From NCBI RefSeq assembly GCF_009914755.1, contig NC_060928.1: DNA of 64,000 bases; one strand, written 5' to 3'. How positions within the stretch are numbered: the stretch's first letter is position 1; every line of letters begins with the position of its first letter. The notes under the pieces were generated by a model. It ran no database searches, was not told where the DNA came from, and was given only the letters and a program-made list of their open reading frames with translations. The translations under genes and the position numbers were made by a program. Positions 28,590-42,587 of the stretch are shown one piece after another. This stretch comes from the human T2T-CHM13v2.0 reference genome, Homo sapiens.

Positions 28590-29290
28590 GACCTTGAAGG
28601 TCCTGAAATGCTCTTTCTGTTCCTGCAACTGGCCAAGTTGTTTTCACCTCTGGACCTTTGCATTTGCTATTCTCTCTACCTGGGATATTCTTCATTTGGA
28701 TTTTCATGAGGCCAAGTCTTACTCATCACTCAGGTCTCAACTCAAGAAGATCCCCTCTAAGAGGTCTTCCCTCTTGGCTGTCCTAAGAGCCCAGGATGTC
28801 AGTTCTCTTACAGGGCAATTGCTTCTGCATCCCATTACCAGAGGGAGTGTGTTCTCTGGGATTAACTGGCTTTCCTCATTTTACTGTCTCACTTCCCCTT
28901 CTCTCACCATACTTACTGAGATCAACTCCCTAATACATCACTTGCCTTTAATTCCTTCTTTTGGGGTTTGCTTTTGTGACAACCCAAACACAGAAACGAA
29001 ATCTTATTCAACCTGTCTCTCATGACTCTGATTATTTTTTATAGCACTTATTACTACTGTCTGAAATTATTGTATTTATTAACTTGTTTATCATCTGCAC
29101 TTCCATCTTACCTGACTCTCCGCACTCTCCCCAACCTCCTCCACCCCATCAGACGCCTAATAGAATACAAACACTGTAGTGGCATGACTTTGCCTGTCCT
29201 GTTCACTGTGGTATCCCAAAAACTTAGAACCTAGCCCATAATAGGTGCTTAACATATGTTTATTGAAGAAATGAAAGAAACAAATGAAAC
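28590..29290 (+). mobile_element. L2 3' portion, interrupted by an LTR16-like fragment (about 28790-28997)
   Basis: GGACCTTTGCATTTGCTATTC...CTCAGGTCTCAACTCAA; CTGTTCACTGTGGTATCCC...ATAATAGGTGCTTAACATATGTTTATTGAA. Insert ends GGGTTTGCTTTTGTGACAACCCAAAC. Confidence 0.75.
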
Positions 29291-30585
29291 TCTCCAATGT
29301 GTTAATATAAAGGAATCTTGGCTAGTAAATCGTGATTTTGAACTACTAAATCAAAGGCTTTCTCTGTTTGCTTCAGTCCCATTTAGATTCCATTGTTCTT
29401 TCCATTTTTGGAGGGAATCAATCCTTAATCAATCACTTTTTGCTAAGCATGCTGTCCCTGCACAATCAAAAGTTAACAAAGATATATAAAAATCAGTCCA
29501 GGCTTTGGAGCCAAAAAGTTCATTATCTGCCTCAATCAATATTTATAACAGGTATACTGAAGACATGCTAAAGCAGAAGTCTCTGTTCCTTTGCTTTCCT
29601 TCCATCACATTTGCCTTGCATAATCATCTATGTTTATTAAAAGGGTTCCTGGTCTGTTCCTGTTAAACATTGACCTTCAAGTGCTTGACTTAATAAGCTG
29701 GAGAATTACAATAAATCAGACAGCCTTGTTCAATCATTGATATTACAAAGAATTGCAAGGAGAAACCAGAACAGCTTGAAAACACAATAAAGTACAACAG
29801 CTTTCATAGAGAGTAAAAGGGAAAGTCAAGGGAAGAAAGTCTGTTCTCAGAGATGCTCTCATGGAATTAAGAGAGCAGAATCCCATGGCATTCAAGACTG
29901 TTTTCCCCCTGATTAAAACGTTTTGTCAAAGCAAAAATCAAATGAGTACTTGCTTATGAAGCATGCGATGTTTCAGAACATGACACAGGAATCATAAGTG
30001 TTCAAATAAATAAACCCCATTCAGGAAAAAGAGCATTTGTCACAGATTTTTCCCTATATGAAGCCAATATAGGAGACTATAAGGATTGAGGGTAAGGATG
30101 CTATTCCCTGAAATGGTTTGCCTCCATAAGAGATTATAAGGCACCAAAAGTGCAGATGTCTCTATTCTATTTACCAACTCCTTCTCATAAACCCGGTGCC
30201 TAGAAAAGGGCTTGCCACATAGTAGGTGATCAATGCATACCTCATTTAGAGAAAGAATACAGAGCTATTTGTACTTTCTTGGGAGCAAAAGATTCTCATT
30301 TGCAACATGTTTAAACTAGCATAGCCCATCTTTGGCTTACGTTATTATCAGTAAGGAGCACTATGATTATGTGCTATTTCTTACATATCTTATTGCATCC
30401 CCAGAAACAGATAATATTCCATTTAGATAAGTCTTGTGTTAAGAACTGAATTCTGTGTGATAAGTAAAAGATTAGTATTTGGAGCCAGGCGCTTACCATT
30501 CTAAGCTTTCTTTTCCTGATATTTAAAATGGGGCTATTAATGCTAATCACTTTATAGGCTTGACGGACAGATTAAATAAGGTTGT

Positions 30586-30933
30586 TGATATGGTTTGGCT
30601 GTGACACTACCCATATCTCACCTTGAATTGTAATAATTCCCAGGTGTCAAGGGCAGGGTCAGGTGGAGATAACTGAATCACGGCGGCGGTTCCCCCATAC
30701 TGTTCTCGTGGTAGTGAATAAGTCTCATGAGATCTCATGGTTTTATAAATGGGAGTTCCCTTGCACAAGCTCTCTTGCCTACCATCATGTAGGATGTCAC
30801 TTTGCTCCTCCTTTGCCTTCCACCACGATTGTGAGGCCTACCTAGCCACGTAGAACTGTGAGTCAATTAAACCTCTTTCCTTTATAAATTTCCCAGTCTC
30901 CGGTATGTCTTCATTAGCAGTGTGAAAACAGAC
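30586..30933 (+). mobile_element. THE1B/THE1C MaLR solo LTR inserted in a MIR
   Basis: TGATATGGTTTGGCTGTG...CATACTGTTCTCGTGGTAGTGAATAAGTCTCATGAGATC...ACTGTGAGTCAATTAAACCTCTTTCC. Confidence 0.92.
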
Positions 30934-31769
30934 AGCATCTATGTAGCACTCAGGACAAAGTAGACACTCAATACACATTGGTTAACCTCACATTTCACGG
31001 GTGAGAAAACTTTGGTTCAGAAGGATTGGATGACCTTCTCCAGGATCACCCCACTGGGAATTAGTGAAGACAGAATTTCAGAAAACAAAACTTCAGATCT
31101 CTCTGACCACAGAACCCATGCTCTTCATCCAAGCATCATTGTGTCCACGGCAAGGAGTGTAATTCAGGTGCAAACTTTGCATATTTTCATTTCAGTTTAC
31201 CTGGCTTACATATAGTAGCTGTTGGCATCAAAAGTACTTGCTTTTAAAATGATGAACTGGCTGCTGTTGACTTTGGGAATGGGAGTGAATTTACGAAAGT
31301 TCTCAACCTTGGGGAATTTTTCTCACTTTATAATATAGATAGACAGAAAACTTGGGTCATTTTAAATGCAAGATATTTAGGAGTGGATTCGCTAAGTTTG
31401 CTATTTAAAATGTGTCTGATAAAAGTTGATGTTCTTGGGATAAATGTGTCATAAGTTGAGATAATGTAACCAGTGTTGAAGCAGAAATGTTAAAAAAAAA
31501 AACAGTGTGAATGTAAATGATGTTTTGTATATCACTGACTCAAAGACTTCTTACATACCATCCTCCTACCTATACTTCATGCTGTATTAGCTGAACTATA
31601 AAGTGGCAAGTGGCAATGTGATTTTCATTTTCTCCCGGCAAAACGTTTTGACCTAGGAGGGAGCCTTGAATGACCTTGGCCTTCCATTCCCTGATTTTTT
31701 ACTGTTCCTTTTTTTTTTAATCCTTCTATATCCTCCCTCATATCCCTAAGCCATACTGAATGTCTTGCA

Positions 31770-31932
31770 GTTTTGTTAGTCTTGATGCTACATTAGAATC
31801 ACCTCGCAAAATTGTAAAAGTTGCAGATACCTAGGCATCACTTGCAGAGAGTCTTAATCAGTTGCTTGAGGTATCATTTCTAAAGATTTCCTAAATGATT
31901 CTAATGCATAGCTGTGTTTGAGAATCACCGCA
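31770..31932. mobile_element. MER5-type MITE
   Basis: ACATTAGAATCACCT...ATGATTCTAATGCATAGC...TTTGAGAATCAC. Confidence 0.55.
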
Positions 31933-32436
31933 ATTTTTCTGCCTCTGAACCATTACAGAAGTTAAAATTTCTTTCTTTCTCTTTATCCTCTGTGTAATTC
32001 CTAGCCATTCTTCAAAATGCAATTCAGAAGGCACTAGTTCCAAGAAACGTCATCATTGCATAATGTTGGTCTGCCTTTGTATTTAAAAATTTCTCTGTGC
32101 TTCATGCTAATCCACAATAGATTTCACTAAACTAAATTCCTTGAACATGAAGACAAGCCATGGAAATTGTTTGTTTGTATTCATAGTGCCTAGAATTGTC
32201 CATGTAGGAGCTATTTAAAAATATGTTAAAAATGAATGAGTGGTTGAGAAAGGAATTCTTAAAAAGAGGTTAATAACTCTGGGTACTTGTCCTGGCTGTG
32301 CTGTTTACAAATTTGCCCTATAACTCTGATGCTATGTTGACTGCAATTAGATTTAAAATACTATAGTATATAAAGTTAAACATATGCATATATTATGACT
32401 CAGCAATTTCCCACTTAGACATCCAAAGAAATGTAT

Positions 32437-32672
32437 AGATAATCATTGAGTTATAATGGGGTTACAGTCCAATATATCCATCATAATTCAAAAACACTGT
32501 AAATTAAAAATTCACTTAATATCCCTCTAAACCCTTTTTAAACTTACAAAATCATAAGTCAAGCCATTGTAAGTCCAGATGCTCCTTGACTTATGCTGGG
32601 ATTATAACCCCCAAAAGGCCATAATCTAGTTGAAAAATCCTAAATTGAACCATTTTAGGTCAGGGAACGTAT
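32437..32672. mobile_element. MER47/Tigger5-type MITE
   Basis: Internally repeated ATGGGGTTAC...CCATCATAA and CAGATGCTCCTTGACTTATG...GAACCATT..AGGTCAGGGA motifs. Confidence 0.65.
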
Positions 32673-32980
32673 TTCTGTATATATATGCTCCCCGAAGGTA
32701 TGTAGTAGATTGTTCATAGTGGCACATTTTTAATAACCAAAAAGCAAAAGCAATCATCAATGTCCATCAGCAGCAAAACGGATAAAATATTTGTGGCATA
32801 GACACACATAGGATACCATGTAGCAACAAGAATCCTATAAACGCATGCAATGATGTAGATGAATAATAGATAACTTTGAACATATGGAGCCAATCGCAAA
32901 AAAGTACACTATTGTATGTTATACATTTACATATAGAACTAAAACCAAAAAAGCAATCTCTTCTTTAGAAGTCAGGGCAG

Positions 32981-33245
32981 TCGGGTGGATCACGAGGTCA
33001 GGAAATCGAGACCATCCTGGCTAACACGGTGAAACCCCGTCTCTACTAAAAATACAAAAAAATTAGCTGGGCATGCTGGCGGGCACCTGCAGTCCCAGCT
33101 ACTCAGGAGATTGAGGCAGGAGAACGGAGTGAACCCGGGAGGCGGAGCTTGCAGTGAGCCGAGATTGCACCACTGCACTCCAGCCTGGGCGACAGAAGGA
33201 GACTCAGTCTCAAAACAAAAACAAAAACAAAAACAAAAATAAAAA
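32981..33245 (+). mobile_element. 5'-truncated AluY with (CAAAAA)n tail
   Basis: GGATCACGAGGTCAGG..ATCGAGACCATCCTGGCTAACACGG; GGCGGAGCTTGCAGTGAG. Confidence 0.92.
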
Positions 33246-34328
33246 CCGGAAGAGGGCAATGATTGGAAGGAAGCACAAGGGTGGATTCTGGGGTGCTGGT
33301 TGTGCTTTTGATCTGGTCATTGATTACCCTGTTGTGTCCAGTTTATTAGAAATACATCAAGCAGTACACTTTGGATATGTATACTTTTCTGTATATACAT
33401 TGTACTTCCATGAAAAGTTAATACTTTGGTATAAACAATATGATAGATTTGTATTTATAAAGTGACTTTGATCTAAACCTTAGAAACACTTGGTTAATAT
33501 CTGAAAGAATTTACCTTCCAGGTATGGCTTCTCAAATGGGGCCATTGTATTGGATGGCAGTGTTAATCAGTGTTAATTTTTTCAGTCAGAGAGAGGTACC
33601 GTGGTAATGAGGAGGGTGTGTGATGGAGATTGTGTGTGAAAGATGGAGATTTATTGTGCTGTCCTGACAGATGTTTACTAAGTTTTAAAATATTTCAAAA
33701 TAAATAATTTAAAATGTGAAAAAAAGAGAATTTTGTTGCCCTTGTTTCAGAATCTTCCATGCAAAATGTTTATCAAGCCTCGTAAAAGCACCAACAACAG
33801 GAATTTCACCAGCCATATAAGAACAGCCTGTTTCTGTTTAACTTGTTCTTCTATCACTTACTATTAAAAGTTTTGTCCCTTTGACAGAATCAGATTTGCC
33901 ACTTGTATTTGTAATACACCACCCTATAAATCATTAAAGGCCTCCAATGTTCACCCAAATCCTCATACTTGTGGAATGAATATGCCGGATTAGGAGAAGC
34001 CATTTATCCTCTTGGATACTGGATCCAGATTATTCTCATCTGTAGAGCATTGGGTTGTATTTGATGACATTCTCAGTTTTTAACTTTGATCTAGATTATT
34101 ATTAAAAGTGCCTCATTTCTCTCTCAGAGGTGTCTTGGTTTTGAAAATAATTATATGGTTTTCCTGCTTCCAAGGAATCTTCCAGATTTAGCTTTCTAGA
34201 CATCTATGGTTTTAAAGATGTGAACTAGATTCAGCAGACCACTGAAGTGCGGGGTAGGCATCTCCCTGTGTGTTTGTCCTTGTGTAGCAGATGCAGATTT
34301 ATAACATGTTAGAATAAGAAATTTTTGC

Positions 34329-34644
<316 letters not shown>

Positions 34645-35719
34645 TCAAAAATTCAAAAATAATCCCTTTTAGGGAAGGGAATTCATTAATTGCCTCATTG
34701 CTAATGATTATTACACATGCTAAGATTTCCCTTCTTGAGTGATGCTGAAAGTAGGACAGAAGGATCACGTCATTAAGACATTCCTGTTTTCAATGTCTCT
34801 GGGTTTGTCCTATTTACAATCAAAAGTTGCCTACTTCCTCACATACACAATGTTAATGCTTTATTTTCAAAACCTCCTGGGTTTAACATGTGTAATTATT
34901 AATTTATTCAACAAATGATGGAGAGAGAGAGTACATTATCTGCTATGTGCCAAGAACTTAAAAGGGTCAGGGCAGATTATTGAGGCAACCGGAAAATGAG
35001 GATGATTCCTTCAGTCCTTCTGCATCCCATATTTCCATGGAGTCCTGTGGGTCTTTATGGCAACTCTTGTTTTCTTAAACTCTTATTCCCTAGTCCACAT
35101 CTTGTGCTACCTTTTCTTGTCTTCTATTCTGCCCAGGCTCCAAGGTTAGGCAATTCAACTATCATCTCCCTGAATTAATCAACCGTCTTCATCTTCCATC
35201 ATCCTAATCTATACTGCTCACTTAGTAAATTTAGTAAATGCCACTTAGTAAATGCCATTCCTATTTGCTAAATACTGACAGTTAAGACAATTTTAAAAAT
35301 ATTACTACAATTTCTTCTGATTCTGCCATAATTTCTTGTTATGTGATCTCAGTGAAACTCATGAGATTTTTTCTCATTTCTTTTATTAAGTTGTATTTTG
35401 TTTTCTAATTTTTACTCTCAAGCCACCAACTTTCAAAGAAGGAAACATACACACTAGAAAGCCCAGACGTTTTGCTTCATGGAGTAGACTGAGGCCATTA
35501 GTTTCCTTTTCTAACTCAAAGTTTCTCTGTGTCATCATTCACATCTTTCGACTTCCCTTCTGCCCTGGAGGAAAGAATGTCTTTCTTCTTTCCCCAGTTG
35601 CTTGGACACTAGTTTCCTTCTGTACAATTCTTTCTTATCTAACCCCCCAAACCCATAAAATCTAACTTGAGTTCTCAAAATGAGACTAAATTTGTTCTGA
35701 GGTCTCCCCAGACCACCCA

Positions 35720-36148
35720 CAGGTGACCTTTGAACAACATGGGTTTGAATGACCCAGGTCCAATTATTTGTGGATTTTTTCCACCTCTGCCACCCCTGAG
35801 ATAGTAAGACCAACCCCTCCTCTTCCTCCTTCTTAGTCTACTCAATATGAAGATGACGAAGATGAAGACTTATATGATGATCCACTTCCATTTAAAAAAT
35901 AGTAAACATATTTTCTCCTTCTTTTAATCTTTTTAATAACATTTCCTTTCTCTTGTTTACTTAGTTGTAAGAATACCACATACAATACACATAGCATACA
36001 AAATACATGTTGATTTACTATGTTATTGGTAAAGCTTCTGGCCAAAAGTATGTCATTACTAGTTACGTTTTGGAGGAATCAAACGTTATACATGAATTTT
36101 CAACTGCAAACGGGGGTCAGCATCCCTAACCTCTGTAAGTGTCAACTG
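35720..36148 (+). mobile_element. Tigger2a (MER28) MITE
   Basis: Terminal inverted repeats CAGGTGACC... and ...GTCAACTG followed by TA; internal GAAGATGACGAAGATGAAGAC...GATGATCCACTTCCA. Confidence 0.88.
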
Positions 36149-37329
36149 TATTTCCAAAGCCAATAACTCTTCTAAGTTTGCTTTTACATCACTAAGGGGA
36201 TTTGAAAATTGGCCATCCTGTTCTTGAAATTCTTTCTTCTCTTGGCTTCTTCTCATAGATTTTTCCTTCTCTGCTCTTCCCCAAGATTCCTGTTCCATTT
36301 CCTCTACTCTTGTTTTCTGAAAATATACATCCCCCAAGCTTGTGTCCTCTGCCCACTATTCTATCAATATAATCCCATTCACTGTTCTCATGAATCTTTA
36401 ACTGTCTTTTACCTTAGAAAGCCATATTGTGAGTCAACACAGAGCTCCATGATGCATAGCCTTCGGCCATAAACACAGCTAGGAAATGAGGGCAGAAACT
36501 ACCATGATGGAGTGGTACTTCTTGACCTAGGCACCTGGCCCATGCTGATGGCACCAGGAGACAAGGCTGCAAGGAAAGGTCAACTTTACAAATGGCATCA
36601 GTAGAACTAGAACATGACAATCTAGCTACAAAATTCTCACATACGGATTCAGGTAAACTCCGAGATCTTTTACAATGAACCATTCAAAGACTGGGATCAC
36701 TTAAGACAGTCTGCAGAGGTCTCACAAAATGGACATTTTAGAAAAGATGGTCAGGTTCACCAGACTGCCTCTTATAAAGTATATCATTGCTGCTCTCTGC
36801 TGGTCAAAAGCATTATTCTCTTCAATTAAGATGAGCAGAGGTGTAGAATGGGTCAAAGAGGGAAAGCAGTGCTTTCAAAATGATATGGACTGGTGCTAGG
36901 TAAGACTTATTAAATGACTTCATAGACTGCAATATACATTCTTATGCAGAAACACTGATTTTAGTGAGGGTCTATTGGACCCCTAAAGTAAAGATGTGCA
37001 AAGCATCCCCATTTTTGTAGACCTTTTACTCATAGAAAATATGGGCTCTATCAGATATTTCTTCAACCACTAAACTAGTCACCACTTTTTAGTGTAGAAC
37101 TTACTGTAAGGCATCATGTTTGTATTTTTGGCAGGAAAATTGGCAAGTCCTACTGAGGATTATTAACTTGATATACTGCAAAATCCTAAAATGTTATCTT
37201 AATCCTAAAATAAAGATTAAATCTACATATACGTACAATCTATTCTACTGAAAACTTATTTTTAAGAGTGTATGGGTAGTAGTTTTTGATTATTCAGAAT
37301 ATTTGCATACAAAGTGTCCTTCATGAGCA

Positions 37330-37580
37330 GCACAAAGGGGCAAATCTTGGGCTCGAAAGCCTAACACACAGGTTTACCCAGGCTCTGCCACTTACTGGCT
37401 TTATTTCCTTGGGTCAGCTCTTGAATATCCTTGAGCTCCACGTCCCTATTTTGAAATGCGGGAAATCATAATACCCACCTCCTATTGTTATTACAAATAT
37501 TAATTGAAATATTCCCTATGAAATGCTTAACAGTGCTCCCTGCAAGTTAATTGGCAGTCAGTCATAACTGTTACTATTCA
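37330..37580 (+). mobile_element. MIR SINE
   Basis: CCCAGGCTCTGCCACTTACTGGC...CCTTGGG...ATAATACCCACCTC...GAAATGCTTAACA. Confidence 0.75.
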
Positions 37581-39474
37581 TGTAAACAGCTTAAGTAGTA
37601 GTATTTATTACATCTTCCAAAACAAAAATATTTTACCACGGGTTTTAAATATACTATGTAGATATCTGGAGAAAGTTGTCTTTAGAGCTGTTCTTAGCTC
37701 TGACACTGGCTGTGTAATTTAAAGTAATGTCTTAAATTTTCTGAGCCTTGAAATGTTTCCGGATGCTTGCCGTGCCCTAAGGTCCTAACATGTCTCTATG
37801 TTTTAATTTTATTTACCACTGTTCAGTGGCCTATGGTACAAAGGGTTTTGTTTTCTGACCTACTGTTCCCCACCTAATGACTTGCCTGAAGAACAAATTA
37901 CCACTGGAGGAAGCGAGTAATCTTTCTGGAGAATTAGCAAAGGATAATTTTTAGAAGGAACAATGGAAGCAGAAAAGTACACACGCACAATCTTGCCTTT
38001 CTCTTTTCGGATATTACCACACTAAAATATGATCTGACTCTTCTGTGTTTATTAGTTCAGCAAATAGGCATTGGGTTTTCACTGGGTTTGTAAACTAGAA
38101 GTTACAGTGTGCTGAATCTTGAGAAAACTGATTGCTAGAGGTAGAACAACAAGAATGTTCCAGATGTTTCCTGTCCTTTCCTCCATTCCTCCATTAGGTA
38201 CCTCTCAAAGCCTAAGTTGATGATAATTCTCTTGGGATGCAGGTTTAGACATGTCTATATTAAGAGACATGGCAGGGAGTCCTCCTCCAGTCCAAGCAAA
38301 CTCATCAAGTTCCATACTACTGCTGGAGGGTTCCAGCAATATAAATTCTACAGACAAAGCAGTGTCAGTCAGACCCCAGAGTTTTGATACGACTTAGATA
38401 TAAGGGTTGAGTCAGGACAAACTATTAATTTCTGTCTTCTGTAGTCACTGTCCCTTTTCCTTGAGAATCTTCCTCATTTATTTGTGACTTCCTCCTTTCT
38501 CCAACAAGACCTCTCGTACCTTTTTATGATGCTATACAAGCTCAGCTGCCTCCATGCTCTGCCCAGGCCTGCCTTCCTTAACTGCACACTGTGGGCCCTT
38601 CTCATAACCAAACTCTGGGTTCCATTCCTTTGATCAACCCTACTGAATTCATGAACACATCAGGCTAATATTTCCCTTTTCTGTCCTGTCGTCTTGGCAA
38701 AATATTTGAACAAGAGGGATTAGGGTTGAACATGGTAAAAGATCAATTCTCATGGTTAGATTTCAAGGCCAGAAAGACCCTGAAAACCTTTCAGAATTGT
38801 GGTACCCGACGACACCACCAGTGCACTGGAAGAGCTCCCTCTATCACACAGAGCAAATGACAGAAGAAGCAACCCTTTCAATCAAAAGACAGCAGCAGTG
38901 AATAGCATTTCCACAGATGAAGAAGATGTGGAACAGAACTTAAATCCCTTCCAATGGTTTCCTCGATGCTCAAGCTTTTCTTATCAGGGAAGGCAGGGTA
39001 AATTCTTGTTCTCCCCCATACTCCATATTTTTCTTTTTTCATTTCTTTGTAATACAATATTTGATACATTTGAAGATGCCATATCTTTAGTTAAAAAAAG
39101 AGGCTTTGTTTGATTCTAATATTTATCAAATTAGTAAACTCTTTTAGCATCTTATCATCTAGTCAAAATGCCTTTAGAGTGATGTCTTAGATCTGAGTCT
39201 GTGTTAAAGTAATGTTTTAACTTTTTGGAGCCTCTGTTCATCTGCTCAACAGGTATAACAATTCCTGTTTCAGGACTTACTACAATAAAAACATGGTAAA
39301 ATACAGTTATGATGAGATTACTAGCATTTTAATGAAAAAAGCAGTGGTAAACTTAGAAATAGGAAATTTTTCCATAGTAATAAAAACTCTAGATGTTATT
39401 ATGAACACGTTTAGAAATAATAGTTAATAAAACATGTATTTTTCTAAAATGAAGGCTTTTTCCCTTACACAGGC

Positions 39475-39844
<370 letters not shown>

Positions 39845-40173
39845 TAAGGATCCCACTCAAATAGTGTAAATATTATTAATTCCTCAAAACTCAGTTCTGT
39901 CAGATTCCCCATCTTATTTTTCTTATTGTACTTATACCTTGCTTGTCAAACTTTATATTCTTATATATTTTCAAACACAAATATGCTTTTTCATGCTGTG
40001 GTCTTTCTGTCTAGAGAGCATGCCATCATTCTTGTTCCTTCTACAAATCACTTACTAATCCTAAAAGCCAAATTCTGAAGACTTTCTCAATAAGTTCTTG
40101 CACAAAGGTAAGGCACTTCTTTCTTTTTCTTCTTCTTTTTTTTGGTTGTTCTCTCACCATTGTTTTACATCCC

Positions 40174-40661
40174 TGTGGTTGGCAGAATTATGGCCTCATG
40201 ATGTCCAAGAACTAGTCCCCAAGAACTATGAAGATGTTAACTTACATACTAAAAGGGACTTTGCGTATGTGATTACCTTAAGGATCTTGAAATGGGGAGA
40301 TTATACTAGATAATCCTGGTAGGCAGAATGTATTCCTAAAGGTTGTAAACTGAAAGAGAGAGGTGGGAGGCTGAGTGTCAGGGCAATGCAGTATGAGAAG
40401 ACTCGGCCGCCATGGCTGGCTTTGAAGATGGAAAGGAGTCATGAGGCAGGAGTGCGGGCAGCCTGGAGAGGATGGGAAAGGCAAGACGGATTCTCCCCTA
40501 GAGTCTCCAGAAAGAAACACGGGCCTGCCAAGAACTTCATTTTACCCTAGTGAAAGTCATTCAGACTTCTGACCTCCAAAACGATAAGGTAATAAATGTG
40601 TGTTGTTTCCAACCATTAAGTCTATGGTAATTGATTCCAGTAGCCATAGGAAGCCAATACA
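40174..40661 (+). mobile_element. MLT1D solo LTR
   Basis: TGTGG...AAAAGGGACTTTGC...GGCTTTGAAGATGGA...GGAAAGGCAAG..GGATTCTCCCCTAGAG...AATAAATGTGTGTTG...AATACA; near-TSD ATCCC/ATCAC. Confidence 0.88.
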
Positions 40662-41034
40662 ATCACTCCACTCTAACACTAGGTATTTTTTTAACTTGGG
40701 TTTGCATGTTGCTTTATGTTAGATTTCTTTAAAAAGAATCCCACATCACACTAAGACTCTTATTTATTTATGAGTTTTCTCTGGAGCAAAAATCAGGAAA
40801 GTGAGACCTGCAGCCTGAGCTGCCATAGGTGCATTACTCGTTTCAATTATTTGCTTTGTCCTCGGAAGACAAGAAAACGAAAAAGAGAGACAGATAAGAC
40901 AAAAATAGAAACGTAAACAAAAGTAAGCACCTCTTTCAGTTTTATTATATCAGTCAGAAGTACTTCAGGTAAAATGGGAAGAATGCCAACATGTTTTTGA
41001 GCATGTACTAGGTAAAATGGTCATTAGAGAAACT

Positions 41035-41447
41035 GTGAATTTGGATACATGGCCCAGATGCCCCTTCAATGATGGACTTTGCCCAGTTTGCTCAGAGTAC
41101 TGTCAGCAGAACACCCCCTGTGGCCAGCTCCTCAGGGATGGCTTCAGCTGTAGACGATTATCTTGCTGTGATCACACCCTTCCCAGCCCACATCCAAAGA
41201 GACATGACTTTCCATCTCGACTCAACTCAGGACAACCCTAAAGGAACGTTCTAGCCTTAGCACTGCCCCTGGAATTGGCTGAGGCTTTCTTTGAAAGTGA
41301 AACACAGCTCAACTTCTTCTGCTCGGGCTTACTGTCTTTCTCTCCGTCCGTCCATAGATGTGAATCTCAGGGGCATCCCATAATAAATATCCTACACACT
41401 AAATACCTCCTGAGGGGCTGTTTCCGAGGGACTCTAACCTATGACAC
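41035..41447 (+). mobile_element. LTR16A-type ERVL solo LTR
   Basis: CCCAGATGCCCCTTCA...CAACTCAGGACAAC...TTGGCTGAGGC...AATAAATATCCTACAC...AACCTATGACA. Confidence 0.75.
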
Positions 41448-41754
41448 TATTTTTAGAAGTGTAGAAGAAAACACAAGTGTAGAAAGGTTAATTTACTCTC
41501 CCTCAGCCACGTTTAATGATCAGTCTTTTTAACCCCAGAGTCCACATTCTTTCTAACATACTGAGCTTCTCACACTGGGCTATGTATCAAGTCAAAGTTA
41601 CAGGATAGATGTCCCTGGAGAGTCAATTTTACCCAATTACCAGAAATTTAACACACTCTCTCAGATTCAAAAGTTCATAGTAGAGTGCGAAATTCAATGA
41701 GCTTTTAAGAAAAAGCATGATCTTTCAAAAAAATAGTCTTTTATTTATTACAGG

Positions 41755-41995
41755 CAGCTACAGTATAGATTGCCGTCAGGCTGCTTGGCTTTGAATCCAT
41801 GTTTTGCTGGTTACTACCTGTGTGGCCTTATGCAATTTGCTTTCTCTTTTGGGCCTCAGCCTCTCCACCTAAAAATCAGGTTATAAAAGTACACATTCCA
41901 TGAGAATATTGAGAAGAACAAAATTATATCATTCATGTAAACTTCTTAGAACAACATTTGGTACATCTTAAGTGCTCAGTAAGTGCTTACAATCT
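41755..41995 (+). mobile_element. MIR SINE
   Basis: GGCTTTGAATCC...TTACTACCTGTGTGGCCTT...GCCTCAG...AAGTGCTCAGTAA. Confidence 0.7.
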
Positions 41996-42587
41996 TATCA
42001 AAGCCCATCAAAGCCCATTCCCTTTCCTCTGTGTTTAGAGTACTTAATTAACTAATTAACTAATGCATCTAAAAGGATTGCACAATGTTAACATAACGCA
42101 CCTCCTCTGTGCCTCGATTTTAATTTAAAACTTTATGCTAATAATTTTCTGTCTCCTCCAACGCACCCCGCTATTCTAAAAACCAGCTTGAATTTAATAA
42201 TAATAATACATAAACCCTCAATATTCTCTTATCTCCTAATGAATCAAGTCCAAACACTGCAGGCTGCTTTCCAATGCCCTTTATGATCTGACCCTCATCC
42301 AGTTTTCCAGTCTTTTTTCTGAATTTGCCCTGACAAAGTGGACTACTCTAGTCCCTGCCCCCTCCTTTCTTTCTGCAAAAGTGCATTTGCTCAGGTTGGT
42401 TGCCAAGGTTGGAAAGTCCCTGTCCATCTGCTATTGATCACCTTTAAGGTCCTCTCAGTCTCAGTTTCTTCATGAAGCCCTCCCTGTCCCCTGCAGCCTG
42501 CCTCTGTCTCCACCTCCGCTAGCATGCATTATCTGGGACAGTCACTTATTGCAGTTGATCCTTTTGGTCAAGTATAACTTGTACACA

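Larger units (their letters stand above)
32370..33420 (+). mobile_element. Ancient L1M (L1ME-like) 3' region, interrupted by MER47 and AluY
   Basis: TATGACTCAGCAATTTCCCAC; CAATGTCCATCAGCAG; GGAAGGAAGCACAAGGG...TTCTGGGGTGCTGGT...TGTATACTTTTCTGTAT. Confidence 0.7.

Noticed and set aside
28594-29025. 143-aa ORF
   Set aside because: Starts at TTG and runs through L2 and LTR16 relics; a chance open frame.
35218-35260. Short CTTAGTAAAT(GCCA) repeats, and the roughly 21-bp tandem duplication at about 58460-58500
   Set aside because: Ordinary slippage microduplications.
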